Part shown: in pieces, positions 1-10,993 of the stretch | How positions within the stretch are numbered: position 1 is the stretch's first letter | Layout: every line of letters begins with the position of its first letter | Assembly: GCA_030295235.1 (NCBI GenBank) | Contig: AP026176.1 | Coordinates: 186,001 to 250,000 of the forward strand | DNA from: Fistulifera solaris | Taxonomy: Eukaryota | Direction of reading: 5' to 3' | Length of the DNA stretch: 64,000 nucleotides | Translations under genes and position numbers: made by a program | The notes under the pieces: model-generated | Seen by the model: the letters and a program-made list of their open reading frames with translations, nothing else | The model's database searches: none | What the model was told of the DNA's origin: nothing

Positions 1-78
1 GTATCAACAGCCGAAACGAGAGCAACAACGTGGACGATGATTTCGACGATCATCGCTGTGTTTGCTTTTTCTTGCTGA
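1..78 (+). CDS. 3' end of an upstream gene with a GPI-signal-like hydrophobic C-terminus (partial)
   Basis: Frame 1 reads VSTAETRATTWTMISTIIAVFAFSC*: small residues then a hydrophobic tail, like the C-termini of the next five genes. Confidence 0.4.
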   Translation, partial: VSTAETRATTWTMISTIIAVFAFSC

Positions 79-391
79 AAGGTGATAAGTGATACCCTGT
101 TTCAATTCCGATGTATTACAATTACATTATTTATACCTAAGCCCCTCTAAGATCACCACTTGTCTGGTCCTTAATCCGTTAAAATTAAACTTGTAGAGGG
201 CACAAGGTGACATTCTGTGCAAAACTACTGCAAAACGGCTTCTCCATACTTAGAGCTTAGATCGACGGTTCTTGAAGCAACGCTTGAAAGATTTTAGAGA
301 TTAATCGCCATCGCACCATTCTTGGACGACGTAGGTCACAACACAACCTCGCACACCGCGAAATCGAAGATATCAAAAGTCTGTTATCAAA

Positions 392-769
392 ATGAAGACT
401 TTATACTTGGCCATGCTAATCTCCTTGTCGACAGGTGCCTTAATTCGGCACCATAACAGCAAAGAGCAGACTCGTAAACTGGAAGAAGACTTGCCGACAA
501 TCTTGCCCGGTACTCCAGTGCCTACGACTGCGCCGACAACGGAATTACCAACGATCTTGCCTGCTATTGTGGATACTGGACTACCAACAGTTGTTCCTGT
601 CATAGATGATACCGGTTTGCCTACGATTTTCCCTGCCATAGTAGACACAGGAGCCCCAACGACGGAAGATGATTTCCAAACCGAGGGTCCTACGCCGCCT
701 GTAACGTCAGGGTCCTTTATTTCCGACAGTACCATAGCTGCCATTGCTATTGTCGCCGCTCTGCTTTGA
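392..769 (+). CDS. Small secreted Pro/Thr-rich, probably GPI-anchored protein with an RXL motif
   Basis: Signal peptide MKTLYLAMLISLSTGA, RKL motif, four LPT(I/V)(L/V/F)PxxxxT repeats, hydrophobic tail TSGSFISDSTIAAIAIVAALL. Confidence 0.8.
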   Translation: MKTLYLAMLISLSTGALIRHHNSKEQTRKLEEDLPTILPGTPVPTTAPTTELPTILPAIVDTGLPTVVPVIDDTGLPTIFPAIVDTGAPTTEDDFQTEGPTPPVTSGSFISDSTIAAIAIVAALL

Positions 770-1490
770 GCTAAATAGTATGGAGTCAGCATATCGTTGG
801 ATAAACTAGAGGCCCATGATTATAGTAAATGCGTTTTCCATATCCAAGGCAAGAACTCGGCTCTATGCTCGTCGTCTTCGCGTTTGAAGAAGCAAATCGT
901 TGCATATAGAATATGATGGCGATCGAACAGCGCTGCTTATACAAACTTTCGAACCTTTCATCATTTTCGCAGCCGCCCAATCGTTGTTCAATTGCACCTC
1001 GACAAGTCGCACCTACTCGGACGACGAAGGAGAGACGAATCTTGACCCTCCAAAATAATCAGGCACATGTTCACTTCCCATCAAATGACGAACTCATTTC
1101 GGCTGCCTGTATCATTGAGGATGTATCATCTTTCGTTTCGGAACATCGTTGCCTTGTAATTCCGATGTGCCCTCCACCCGTTATCATACCATAATATGAG
1201 ATCGCCCCAACCGATCAAGTCACGTTCCACGTAAATGCACCCGATGCATTTCTTCGTCTTGTTGTGGCTAGACAGAACATGAACATTAGATGAAAACCAT
1301 AAAACGAGAAGTTTGGTGATTTCCGGTACTCCGAGTCGATGTATGTCACTTCTTGATTTTTGGAACGGGGTATTCTCATCTTACATGAAAGAGGACGACA
1401 AAAGACTCCTTTTGTTTCTCTCACAAAGGAATCCATTTCATAATCGCGATTTTTGCACATACTTTTGATCATTGAAACTAAGACACCACG

Positions 1491-1934
1491 ATGAAGACAG
1501 CACTCGCATCGATTCTGTTTCTCGCCATGAGCGCACAAGGCCATTTCATCGGCGACGATTCACGTGATTTACAAGACAACATCACCGATTCCACCCCTAC
1601 CATCGTTCCAGCGATTGTCGACACGGCGGAGCCTACCGTCTCTCCCACGGTCGCCCCCGATCCGACCGCCGCGCCCACGGCACAAGATACGCCGGCTCCC
1701 ACGGTCGCACCCACCGTTCCGCCCACGGTGGCACCCACCATTGCGCCCACGACCGTGGCACCGACCGTAGCTCCGACCGTGGCACCGACCGTAGCTCCGA
1801 CGGCCATTGAAGTGACGATTGAAGTCAATGGAACCGAAGTACCGGCGCCGGCTCCGACGTCGGGGTCGGCCTATGTTGAGGGAGGAGTCAAGTCATTTTT
1901 GGTTCTCTTGGTTGTGACGGCCTTGTTACTCTAA
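1491..1934 (+). CDS. Paralogous secreted mucin-like (PTVA-repeat) GPI-type protein
   Basis: Signal peptide, RDL motif, PTIVPAIVDT shared with the 392 gene, (PTVA)n repeats, TSGS plus hydrophobic tail. Confidence 0.8.
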   Translation: MKTALASILFLAMSAQGHFIGDDSRDLQDNITDSTPTIVPAIVDTAEPTVSPTVAPDPTAAPTAQDTPAPTVAPTVPPTVAPTIAPTTVAPTVAPTVAPTVAPTAIEVTIEVNGTEVPAPAPTSGSAYVEGGVKSFLVLLVVTALLL

Positions 1935-2514
1935 AGAAATCATTGGTGAATTGTGCGGAACGAGACGTCCGCGTAAAGGCATTTTCTGCAAGGAAACGCC
2001 ACGAACCAATATTCGTTCGCTCGCTGGTCCCTAGGACTTCAGAGTCTCTTATTGTTTTAGAAAGTTGAATCTTGTTTGTACATCATTTCGTCTCTCTACT
2101 TTTTTTAAAATTTGAATACAATCTTGTCGTAAATTGTTCGATTAGAACGCAAGAAAGAGAATGGCATCGAATGAAGGGAGAATGAATAAAAGAAAGGCGA
2201 GGAATGAATGCCATTCGAGATGAACAGGCGACAAGAAAATGTCCAGTGACCAGTGACCAGTGACCCAAGGGGACAGTCATCGTAATGATTCTCTACACTT
2301 CAAATGATTGTAATTATTGATGACTATTTTTATTACGAAGATTCTTCTTTGGCGCGCCTTCTTCCCTAATGCCGGCAGCCCACTCCGACTCCTCCACTGA
2401 TGGTCACATGCCGATAAAGGGATCCGCATTATTTTCCTTGCCACAATTCCTCCGAACAGTAGACTACCTGGTACCAGGTATAATATCCATCCATCACACT
2501 CCGAACGAAAGAAC

Positions 2515-3465
2515 ATGAAAGCTCTAACGCTCCTACTCCTTTTAACGACGACTCTCACACAACCAACACAATCGAGACCCGCACGCCGCCGACTCGGCCG
2601 TGCCTTGCAAAACAGCAGTGCGGTGTGCACCTTCGATGCCTTCCTGGCGGATGAGTGTTCCTATGAAGAATTTTGTCTTCCCACCGAACCCAACAGCGCC
2701 GTTTATTGTGAGGGTCTTCCGAATTCCACGTGGGCCGTCGAAGTGATTTACTATGCATTGTGTTACGATGATTTTGATGATTTGGAAGGAGAATTGTACA
2801 ATGCATCGATACCGATTCCACCGGATGGATATTGCGCCACCGAACGGGAACTTTTCACGTTTGCTCAAAACGTTTTGACGAACGTGACATTGGTTCAAAG
2901 TATCACGGCGCCCTATCAGAATGATGTTTTTGAACAATACAACATCAAAGCATGTCCCGACAGTGAGCTGCCGGATTTTGTCTTTGGAGCAAACTATTGT
3001 TACGATGGATGCCCGGTCGTGGCATCGATTGGGGGTGACTTTTGTACGGGAGAATGTACACTCTGTGCGGATGGTGCCGGACTGCTTAACTGCAGCAATG
3101 TGGATCCCACTTTGGTTTCTACATGCTCGGACGAAGATGATACTATTTATGAGAAGCTCGTTAACTATTTGGGACAAGCGGAGGAATCACCCAATGCGGC
3201 TCCAGCAACTTCGCCAGCTGCAGCACCTGTGACCTCGACGGATGTAACGCCGACTCAAACGGCTGCCCAACAACCTGCGGCAGAAACGCCCGTTGTGGAG
3301 CCGTCCGCACCATCGCCGACGACAGCACAGCAACCTACGAGTGACGAAGAACCCACCGTGAATCCTTTCAATACCACCGAGAGCACGTCGTCATCGACGG
3401 AAACGCGCAATGTCATGGCTGTGGGGATGTTGACACTCATCGCACACGCCCTGTGGTTTGCATAA
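2515..3465 (+). CDS. Secreted acidic 14-Cys-domain protein with Pro/Thr stalk and GPI-type tail (family member 1)
   Basis: Signal peptide, RRRLGRAL, 14 Cys conserved with three other genes in the window, PT-rich stalk, hydrophobic C-terminus. Confidence 0.88.
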   Translation: MKALTLLLLLTTTLTQPTQSRPARRRLGRALQNSSAVCTFDAFLADECSYEEFCLPTEPNSAVYCEGLPNSTWAVEVIYYALCYDDFDDLEGELYNASIPIPPDGYCATERELFTFAQNVLTNVTLVQSITAPYQNDVFEQYNIKACPDSELPDFVFGANYCYDGCPVVASIGGDFCTGECTLCADGAGLLNCSNVDPTLVSTCSDEDDTIYEKLVNYLGQAEESPNAAPATSPAAAPVTSTDVTPTQTAAQQPAAETPVVEPSAPSPTTAQQPTSDEEPTVNPFNTTESTSSSTETRNVMAVGMLTLIAHALWFA

Positions 3466-3938
3466 AACACCGTTGTGAAATGATGGGGACTGATTGGCAG
3501 TCGAGCAAGGAAGCGCGGAGCGCTTTCATCGAGCGTCCATTCTCCTACAGAGGGTAAACAGCGATTTCGACACCAGGGGGACCGAACTTGCCTTGCGGGG
3601 AGGACGACAAGCGAAAATCTTTTTACAGCATGCATCGCTACTATTGGTCAAGTCCCTAGCCGTTTCGAGCCGTCCCGGCGATTATCGTTAGCTCGATCAA
3701 TAAGGTTAGTGTCAGTCATTAAAAGCTGTCAAGGTCATTGGTAATCTACTCTCCAACCTAGTCATAAAATCTTATATAGCACAAAGTGTAGTGCGCGTTT
3801 CAATTATTTTGGTTCGTTCGATCCAAGAAGCACGCAAGATATGCGAGCAACCAAGTTGCCGTCAAAAGCCATTCTCTGTCCATCGGAAACTTCAAATTAT
3901 TGCAAAAGTAACCTATTCACTAGCCCCGAAGAAAAGAT

Positions 3939-4883
3939 ATGAAAGCTGTGGCTCTCCTTCCCCTCCTGACGGCTCTTGCGCGAGAAGGACAGTCGCAGTC
4001 ACTCCTGAAGCCCAGTTTACCGTCAGCCCGCCGACTCGGCCGTGCCTTGCAAAACAGCAGTGCCTTGTGCACCTTCGATGCCTTTATCGCGGGAGAGTGT
4101 TCCTACGAACAATTTTGTCTTCCGACCGAACCCAACAGCGCCGTTTATTGTCAGGGTCTACCGACGTCGACGTGGACGGTCGAAGTGGTTTATTTCGAAT
4201 TGTGCTACGATGATTTCGATGACTTGGAAGGTGACTTGTACAACGCGTCGATTCCTCTCCCACCCGATGGATACTGCTCAACCGAGAGGGGACTATTCAC
4301 TTTTGAGCAAGAAGTTTTGACCAGTGTTTCGTTGAATCATACCATTACGGCGCCCTTTCAGAGTGCCGTTTTGGAAGATTACAATGTTGTGGCCTGTCCC
4401 GACAGTGAGTTGCCCGATTTTGTGTTTGGAGTGAACTATTGCTACGATGGTTGTCCACTGATGGCGTCGATCGATGGTACCACTTGTACGGGAGAATGCA
4501 CCGTTTGTTCCGATGGTGTAGGATTGCTCAATTGCAGCAATCTCGATCCGACCTTTGTGTATGAATGCTCACCCGACTTCACCGATGATGATATTTATGA
4601 AGAACTCTTGACCTACTTGGGAAAGGAAGAGGAAACACCGAACGCGTCTCCGGTGACATCACCTGTCGAAACACCTGTTGCGACACCTGCCGACACTCCT
4701 GCGGGAACGCCGGTCGAAGAACCTCCCGCGGCGTCACCAACGACCAATGAAGAAGAACAAGAACCCGTCGCGCCAGTCAGTCCTTCTAATACTACCGATA
4801 ATACCTCATCGTCATCGGCGGGAATGAGTGGTGGATTTGCTGTTGCGTTTGCCGTTGCCGTGTACTCCTTGTTTGTCTACTGA
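3939..4883 (+). CDS. 14-Cys-domain surface protein (member 2), tandem paralog of 2515
   Basis: High identity to the 2515 protein (ARRLGRALQNSSALCTFDAF...), same architecture. Confidence 0.88.
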   Translation: MKAVALLPLLTALAREGQSQSLLKPSLPSARRLGRALQNSSALCTFDAFIAGECSYEQFCLPTEPNSAVYCQGLPTSTWTVEVVYFELCYDDFDDLEGDLYNASIPLPPDGYCSTERGLFTFEQEVLTSVSLNHTITAPFQSAVLEDYNVVACPDSELPDFVFGVNYCYDGCPLMASIDGTTCTGECTVCSDGVGLLNCSNLDPTFVYECSPDFTDDDIYEELLTYLGKEEETPNASPVTSPVETPVATPADTPAGTPVEEPPAASPTTNEEEQEPVAPVSPSNTTDNTSSSSAGMSGGFAVAFAVAVYSLFVY

Positions 4884-5425
4884 TGAAATAAAAACAGCCA
4901 CTACCAAATTGTTTTTATTAAAATGACATAAAAGCTATAAAATCACGTCAATGTTCAGCGTTCAGCATTTTACAAATAAAAACAAACTGTGAACTTATCG
5001 AATTTCTGTCATAAGCTTTGTTGGCTTACTTGAGCCTACAGCTTGCAAACTATGTTTCTCTCATAAGTTGACAAAGCTGCCTTGTTTGAGAATTCGTACA
5101 TCAAGATAATAGCTTCAGAGCACCCCGCATAAGCGGAAACTAACCACGATTGGTTATCAGTCACGATGTCGAAACTCCACCCCAACACATTCGGTACTCC
5201 GAAAGTACATTTACTGTCCGTTGTGAGTCGTTTTTGTCGGTTGATCCGATTAGATATTAAGTCGAAAAAATGTTCATTCGCCAATCGTACATTCCAATAA
5301 TTTTTCTTCCAACAAGAAGCCGTGGATAAACGTGCCTCCACTTGGACTTACGGCTTCCATTGCAACAGCAAACAACAAAGCAACCAGCACCATTTTATTC
5401 TCATCTTCTTTTTAAAAGGCCAACC

Positions 5426-6223
5426 ATGCATTTCCTTTTTCTCGTTATAGCACTGCCAGTCATCGCTGGCGCCCTGGATACATCCACACAGTTACTATAC
5501 GACAAGGCGTATCGCCGACACACTCGCTTGCTGCAACGACAACACCATCATGTCGTTCGAAAACTCGAAGTATGTGACTTTTTCACTACCTTGCAACTCA
5601 ATTGTTCGATCGAAGAATTTTGTGCCATTCTCAATGACGCCGAAGATGTTTCGACGTACGAATGTGGTGGGGATCTGGAAGGTGCCGGGACGTTTTATTA
5701 TCGCGTCGAAGATCCTTTGAAATGCTACGAAAGTTTTCAAGACGAAAATGGCACCATCGTGGAAGATGTGGCACTTGAGGGCGCTGCGTATTGTTCACGA
5801 ACGACAGGGTATTTCAATTTCACGGGAGATTTACTCACTGTATCCGATTTGACGGAGGAAATTACTGCCCCGGACGAATTACAAGGCGTTTTGCGGTTAG
5901 TATTGCCGATTGCGGCCTGCACCATGGACGAATCGGACTTTTTTATCAATCAGCCCTATTGCATTGGGAAGTGTCCGGATGTGATCGAAATCAATGGCGT
6001 CCAATGTGAGGGCGATTGCGTGGAATGCGACGACGGCTCTCGTCTGCCGAATTGTGGGAATATTGATGCCAGTTTAGTGGGGAATTGCGCGGCACCGGAA
6101 TGGGAGGACGATGATTTTACCGAAGAGTTTCTCGCGTATTTCAACAAGACGAATACGGGCTCATCGGCTGGGGCACAGGTCTCGTCAATTGGTGTCTTAC
6201 TGTCATTACTGGCGTTCTTTTGA
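5426..6223 (+). CDS. 14-Cys-domain surface protein (member 3, divergent)
   Basis: ATG at 5426 gives signal peptide MHFLFLVIALPVIAGA; RKL before the domain; same 14-Cys spacing; GSSAG plus hydrophobic tail. Confidence 0.85.
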   Translation: MHFLFLVIALPVIAGALDTSTQLLYDKAYRRHTRLLQRQHHHVVRKLEVCDFFTTLQLNCSIEEFCAILNDAEDVSTYECGGDLEGAGTFYYRVEDPLKCYESFQDENGTIVEDVALEGAAYCSRTTGYFNFTGDLLTVSDLTEEITAPDELQGVLRLVLPIAACTMDESDFFINQPYCIGKCPDVIEINGVQCEGDCVECDDGSRLPNCGNIDASLVGNCAAPEWEDDDFTEEFLAYFNKTNTGSSAGAQVSSIGVLLSLLAFF

Positions 6224-6886
6224 AATGAGCTGCCATTAAATTCAATTGCAGCTTCAATTGATGGCAAGGGCAGGGATGAATTAGAATTAGACTCGAGCCT
6301 TTCCCTCCTTTTGCAGAACAAATTCTGTCACAACTATCGCTCCTTAAAAGTTCGATCTACTTCGTTATAAGACTATGTCCTACGTCCTCAAGCACCATAA
6401 TTTGCGAACAGTTCGTATTGCTTTTCATGGATTTACATTTCTGTCGAGTGTTGGAATAGACTATTAGGTCTGCTCGTGCGCCTTAGTTTTTTAAAACGGT
6501 TGCTCAACGTCGTTGTTTCGTGAGCGATTTCGACAGGGCGCCAAAATGACCAATGCGCGGATATTTTTGAGTATCAACGGAAACTACGATTAAAGGGTAA
6601 AAACCCAATGAAGTAGAATACTGTATTTAAGCAAGTACCGCTCGCTAAGTACTGTGGACTTGAATGTAGGGCTATGATCCACGTCAGTCTCCGTGATACA
6701 CGGAGTAAACACACTGGGTTCACGGTCGCCAAGAGGCGAGAGCTTTTTTCATCCTCACAAAAAAAAACTCACAATCAACATAATAACATCACCTTTCTCG
6801 TAGTCGTCCTCCATCGGGCTCTTCTTGACTTCCTCTCTCGAACTTGCTTTCTTCCACAATTGCTTTTCTTTTTTACACAAACAGCA

Positions 6887-7318
6887 ATGTGCTTTCCGGA
6901 TCAAAAATGCGTCGACGAACGCCCCTCACGCTACAAGCGACGCAAAGTCTCGTTCGCTCCCGCCATTTCAATCCACGAAACCGACGCCTCGTCAGAGACG
7001 TGGTATCAAGCCGTGGATTACTCAACATTCGAACGCGAACGCCGGGAAACCCTCCAAACGTTACAGAACGAAAATTTAGATCCAGACAGCCGGCGGGGAC
7101 TGGAAGGGACGCGACAAGAAATTATGGAACGCAAACGAAAGTCCTTGCAGTGCAAGAAAGCCGTACTGGAACAACAGGAATTGCAAAAGTCGTTGGGATA
7201 CTTCAATCCGGAATTGTTGGAAGAAACGTATAGGAAATATTCCGACGAAGCGGCGCACTGCGCGAGGCAACGGGCGATGAATACGGAACAACAAGAATTA
7301 TCATTGCCGTGCTGGTGA
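6887..7318 (+). CDS. Small diatom-type hypothetical protein (KRRKVSF...WY...RGLE...VLEQQ pattern)
   Basis: ATG at 6887 after an A/C-rich leader. I recognise this motif pattern from many diatom hypothetical proteins. RKVSF resembles a PP1-docking RVxF motif. Confidence 0.7.
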   Translation: MCFPDQKCVDERPSRYKRRKVSFAPAISIHETDASSETWYQAVDYSTFERERRETLQTLQNENLDPDSRRGLEGTRQEIMERKRKSLQCKKAVLEQQELQKSLGYFNPELLEETYRKYSDEAAHCARQRAMNTEQQELSLPCW

Positions 7319-7769
7319 TTTTAGAATTGAATAGAGATAAAGAGAGAGATACAAATTGCACAATTCACAAACTAGTCTCATGGCTGGGTTTTCTTCCGAA
7401 TCTATCTACAATTGTGTATATTATTGTAAGAAAAGTGACCCGAGACTCTGAAAAGACTTTTCTAATTACAACCATAGAGGAACTCATTGCTACAGCTCTA
7501 TTACTATCTTTGTCAACCCATTTCTTGAAAGGTGACAATAGATGTAGGTTTTGAGCGAGTTAGACCCCCTAAGGCAATGCGATGACATGGACGCCCTTAC
7601 TGCAGTCCGGTCATGAATGACGTCAGATAGATGTTCGGAAGAGCTTCGTCGAAAAATCAGTCGTGAATGTGGGCGCGTTCTCGTCGATCTTTTTTTGTTT
7701 CTCATTATACTCTCTTCAATTCATTCATTGATTCATTCTCGACTTTCATTCAATAAGCATTTAGCAACA

Positions 7770-8598
7770 ATGTTGCTTATTACACCCTCGAAGGACGCGT
7801 CGCGGTCGTGACGGGAAGTAACAAAGGCATTGGGTATTTTATTGCTCTACAACTGGGGTTGTCGGGTCTCTTTCAACACATTTGTCTCGCGTGTCGCGAC
7901 CTTCAACTCGCACAAGAAGCCGTAGCTTCGCTCAAACAGCAATTACCACCCGAAGTCCAAGTATCGAGTGCTCCCTTGCTATTGGGAGACACCACCAGTC
8001 ATCACGAATTGGCGCAAACGTTGGAAGAACGCTACGGCAAAATCGATGTTCTTGTCAACAATGCCGCCATGGCGTTCAAACAAGCGGATCCGACACCGTT
8101 TCTTGAACAATGTAGTCCTACGCTCAACGTCAATTTTCGTGGTACCTGTGATTTGACCGAACAATTGTTGCCCCTGCTCCGCAAAGGCACCGACGCCCGC
8201 ATCGTCAATGTTGCCAGCATGTCGGGACGACTCGGACAAGTTTCCCCGGAACGACAAGCCCAATTTGCGGCCGACGATTTGACCATGGAACAATTGCACG
8301 CTTTGGTGGATGAATTTGAACGCGATGTTCTGGCGGGACGTCACCGCGAAAAGGGATGGAGCAATTCGAATTACGGAATGAGTAAACTGGCGGTGATTGC
8401 CGCCACGAAAGTCTGGGCCCGTCGAGAACCTTCCATCAATGTCAATTGCTGTTGTCCGGGCTACTGTAAGACGGATATGACCAGTCAAAAGGATTGCGTG
8501 ATCCGGCGGACGGTGCTAAAAATGCGGTATTGCCGGCGACCATGGAGCATCCTCCGACGGGAGAATTCTTTTCCGATTATGGGGTAGCGAGTTGGTAA
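7770..8598 (+). CDS. Carbonyl reductase 1-like short-chain dehydrogenase/reductase (SDR copy 1)
   Basis: TGSNKGIG, NNAA, NVAS, YGMSK, CCPGYCKTDM. Two apparent 1-nt deletions in short runs (~7791, ~8490); repairing them restores GRVAVV and GLRDPADGA...ASW* as in the paralogs. Confidence 0.9.
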
Positions 8599-9231
8599 GA
8601 ACCGGATTACCAATCATCAAAGATTGAGATGGTTCGTTACAGTGTAAATGTCTTCTTCGTTCCTAAATGTTAATCTATATCTGACTGTGCTTCTATCACG
8701 ATACGCTTTCTCTCCAGGACACAGCCCCTCTACAGCGTGATTTTAAAAGCTCTGTGGAATGCCATACGGGGGAGATAACAAATAGATGTTTGCGTTGCTT
8801 TCGTTGAAAACGTATTCCCTAGCTTATTCCGACATATCTAGCCACGCGGAGAAGTAAGTTTATGCAATGTTCGATGTGTAACCTAGATTCACCAAATCCG
8901 GAACGGTTCCTTGAATTGCCGCTGAGGAAGTCTCCAAAGTTTCCAGTCGTATAATTTTGTTTCACGCCCTTCTGACAACCGCAGTTCTCGTTCTTTACCG
9001 AACCATTCGCAAAGTAAGAAGGTCGAAACACCACTTTCTGTGGGCTCCTGAGTGACATCGGTGATATCTTGAATCTAACAGAATAAACGACAGAACAATC
9101 GACGAATCTCAAAATTGAGAAGCCGTCTTTTGGATCGCCCTATCGTGCGTGCTCCACTTTCTCACAAAATTTCATTCTTTTTTTTGAGAATTGAACGATC
9201 CATTTACAAATCATAAAACATATCAATCACC

Positions 9232-10050
9232 ATGTCGAACAAAGGACGCGTTGCGGTAGTCACGGGCGGTGACAAGGGAATCGGATACCACATTGCGCTG
9301 CAATTGGGATCCTCCGGTTTGTTCGAGCACATCTGCATCACGTGTCAAGATCACAACCAGGCACAAGCGGTCGTGGATGAATTGCAAAACCAAATGCCGG
9401 CCGGCGTGAACGTTTGTTGCAGTGAATTGGTGTTGGGAGATACCATGAGCATGACCGGATTCGCCAAAATGTTGGAAGAGCGTTACAGCAAGATTGATGT
9501 TTTGGTGAACAACGCCGGCATGGCGTTTACGCATTCGGATCCAACTCCCATCGAAGAGCAGTGCAAGACCACCATGAACATTAACTTTCGCGGAACGTGC
9601 GAATTGACGGAGAAGTTGTTGCCCTTGTTGCGTCAAGGAACCGATCCTCGTCTCATCAATGTGATCAGTGCGGAAGGCCGTCTCAGTCAACTTTCGGAAG
9701 ATCGTCAAATGCAGTTCACCGACGATAACTTGACGATGCCGCAGTTGTACAGTCTCGTGGATGAATACGAACGCGATGTGTTGGCCCGCAATCATTTGGA
9801 GAAGGGTTGGGGTAATTCGTGTTACGGCATGAGCAAATTGGCATTGATTGCGGCCACGAAAGTGTGGGCCCACCAGGAACCCGACATCAAAGTCGATTGT
9901 TGTGATCCGGGCTATTGCAAGACGGATATGACCCATATGAAAGGAGAGCGTGATCCGGCGGATGGTGCCAAGTGCATCGTAATGCCCGCGACCATGGCGA
10001 ATCCTCCGACCGGTCAGATCTTTTCGGATTACATGATTGCCAGCTGGTAA
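9232..10050 (+). CDS. Carbonyl reductase-like SDR copy 2
   Basis: Intact ORF; TGGDKGIG, NNAG, YGMSK. Confidence 0.92.
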   Translation: MSNKGRVAVVTGGDKGIGYHIALQLGSSGLFEHICITCQDHNQAQAVVDELQNQMPAGVNVCCSELVLGDTMSMTGFAKMLEERYSKIDVLVNNAGMAFTHSDPTPIEEQCKTTMNINFRGTCELTEKLLPLLRQGTDPRLINVISAEGRLSQLSEDRQMQFTDDNLTMPQLYSLVDEYERDVLARNHLEKGWGNSCYGMSKLALIAATKVWAHQEPDIKVDCCDPGYCKTDMTHMKGERDPADGAKCIVMPATMANPPTGQIFSDYMIASW

Positions 10051-10393
10051 AAGTGCGGGAAGAAAACAGGTGCATTCGTATATAAATTTTTCCCGGAACT
10101 GGAAACGGACATGTATGACATTGCATTTTGAAAAAGTCGCTTCATAATTCTCTATAAATTCGATTTCATTTGCATAACAAAAAAAATTGAAAGGCTGTTT
10201 CTTGTTGTTTGTAGGAGTCTTCGGCGCGTGCTTCATTCGCCAAGCACGACATGCTTTGTTAGTGCTTCTCCTTCCATGAAAAGTATGCTTTTCGTTGAAA
10301 TAAAACGAGAATAAAAATGTTGTGCGCACTCTCTTCTTTGCCTCTCGATCACCCTCATCATCGTCGCTTTATCAACCAAAATGCTGTGTGTTG

Positions 10394-10530
10394 TGTTTCT
10401 TTGCATCCACAGAAAAACTGTGGATACATTATTTTGAGTCACACGGAAATTCTGTCTGCATTGTTTCTTTCGTCCACAGAGAATCTGTGGATGCAATAAT
10501 ATGAGACACACCGAAATTCTGTGTGGTGTC
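10394..10530. repeat. Two ~68-bp imperfect tandem units, each with a TCCACAG-N5-CTGTGGA inverted repeat
   Basis: Unit 1 tgtttctttgcatccacagaaaaactgtggatacattattttgagtcacacggaaattctgt; unit 2 tgtttctttcgtccacagagaatctgtggatgcaataatatgagacacaccgaaattctgt. Confidence 0.75.
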
Positions 10531-10993
10531 GTATCCGGCTCGTCTTGCTCATGACTGACAGGCAGTCGTAACGAAAAACGGACAACACATTGGAGCTACA
10601 GTAACTGTGAAGAGTACGATAATGCGTGGGATTCAGTCGTGGATCCGTCCCTTCCTATACAATCCTATAGGTTATTACTCATTGATACAATCCTCCTGCA
10701 CAAAAAAAAAAAAGATTTTCTCTGCATTATTGCCATCAAAGTCATAGGAAGGTGATAGGTGTCAAGCATAGAATATTCCGGTATGATTCCTTTCATCGAG
10801 AAAAGATTTCCATTCGAGCTATGATTCGGGGATAGCCGGAATGAACGAGAAGCGTTCGCACCCGAAAAGAAATGAGATCGCTTCCCAAAGAAACCTCCTC
10901 GAACTTCGAAACGATATGGAGATTCTGTTCTCTCGCTGCCTTGCTTCACAATAGCTTCTCACAAATCATTGTGAACGACGAGTGAAACTCACT

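Noticed and set aside
1635..1805. 12-bp periodic repeats resembling an array
   Set aside because: They encode the PTVA peptide repeats; there are no unique spacers, so this is not CRISPR-like.
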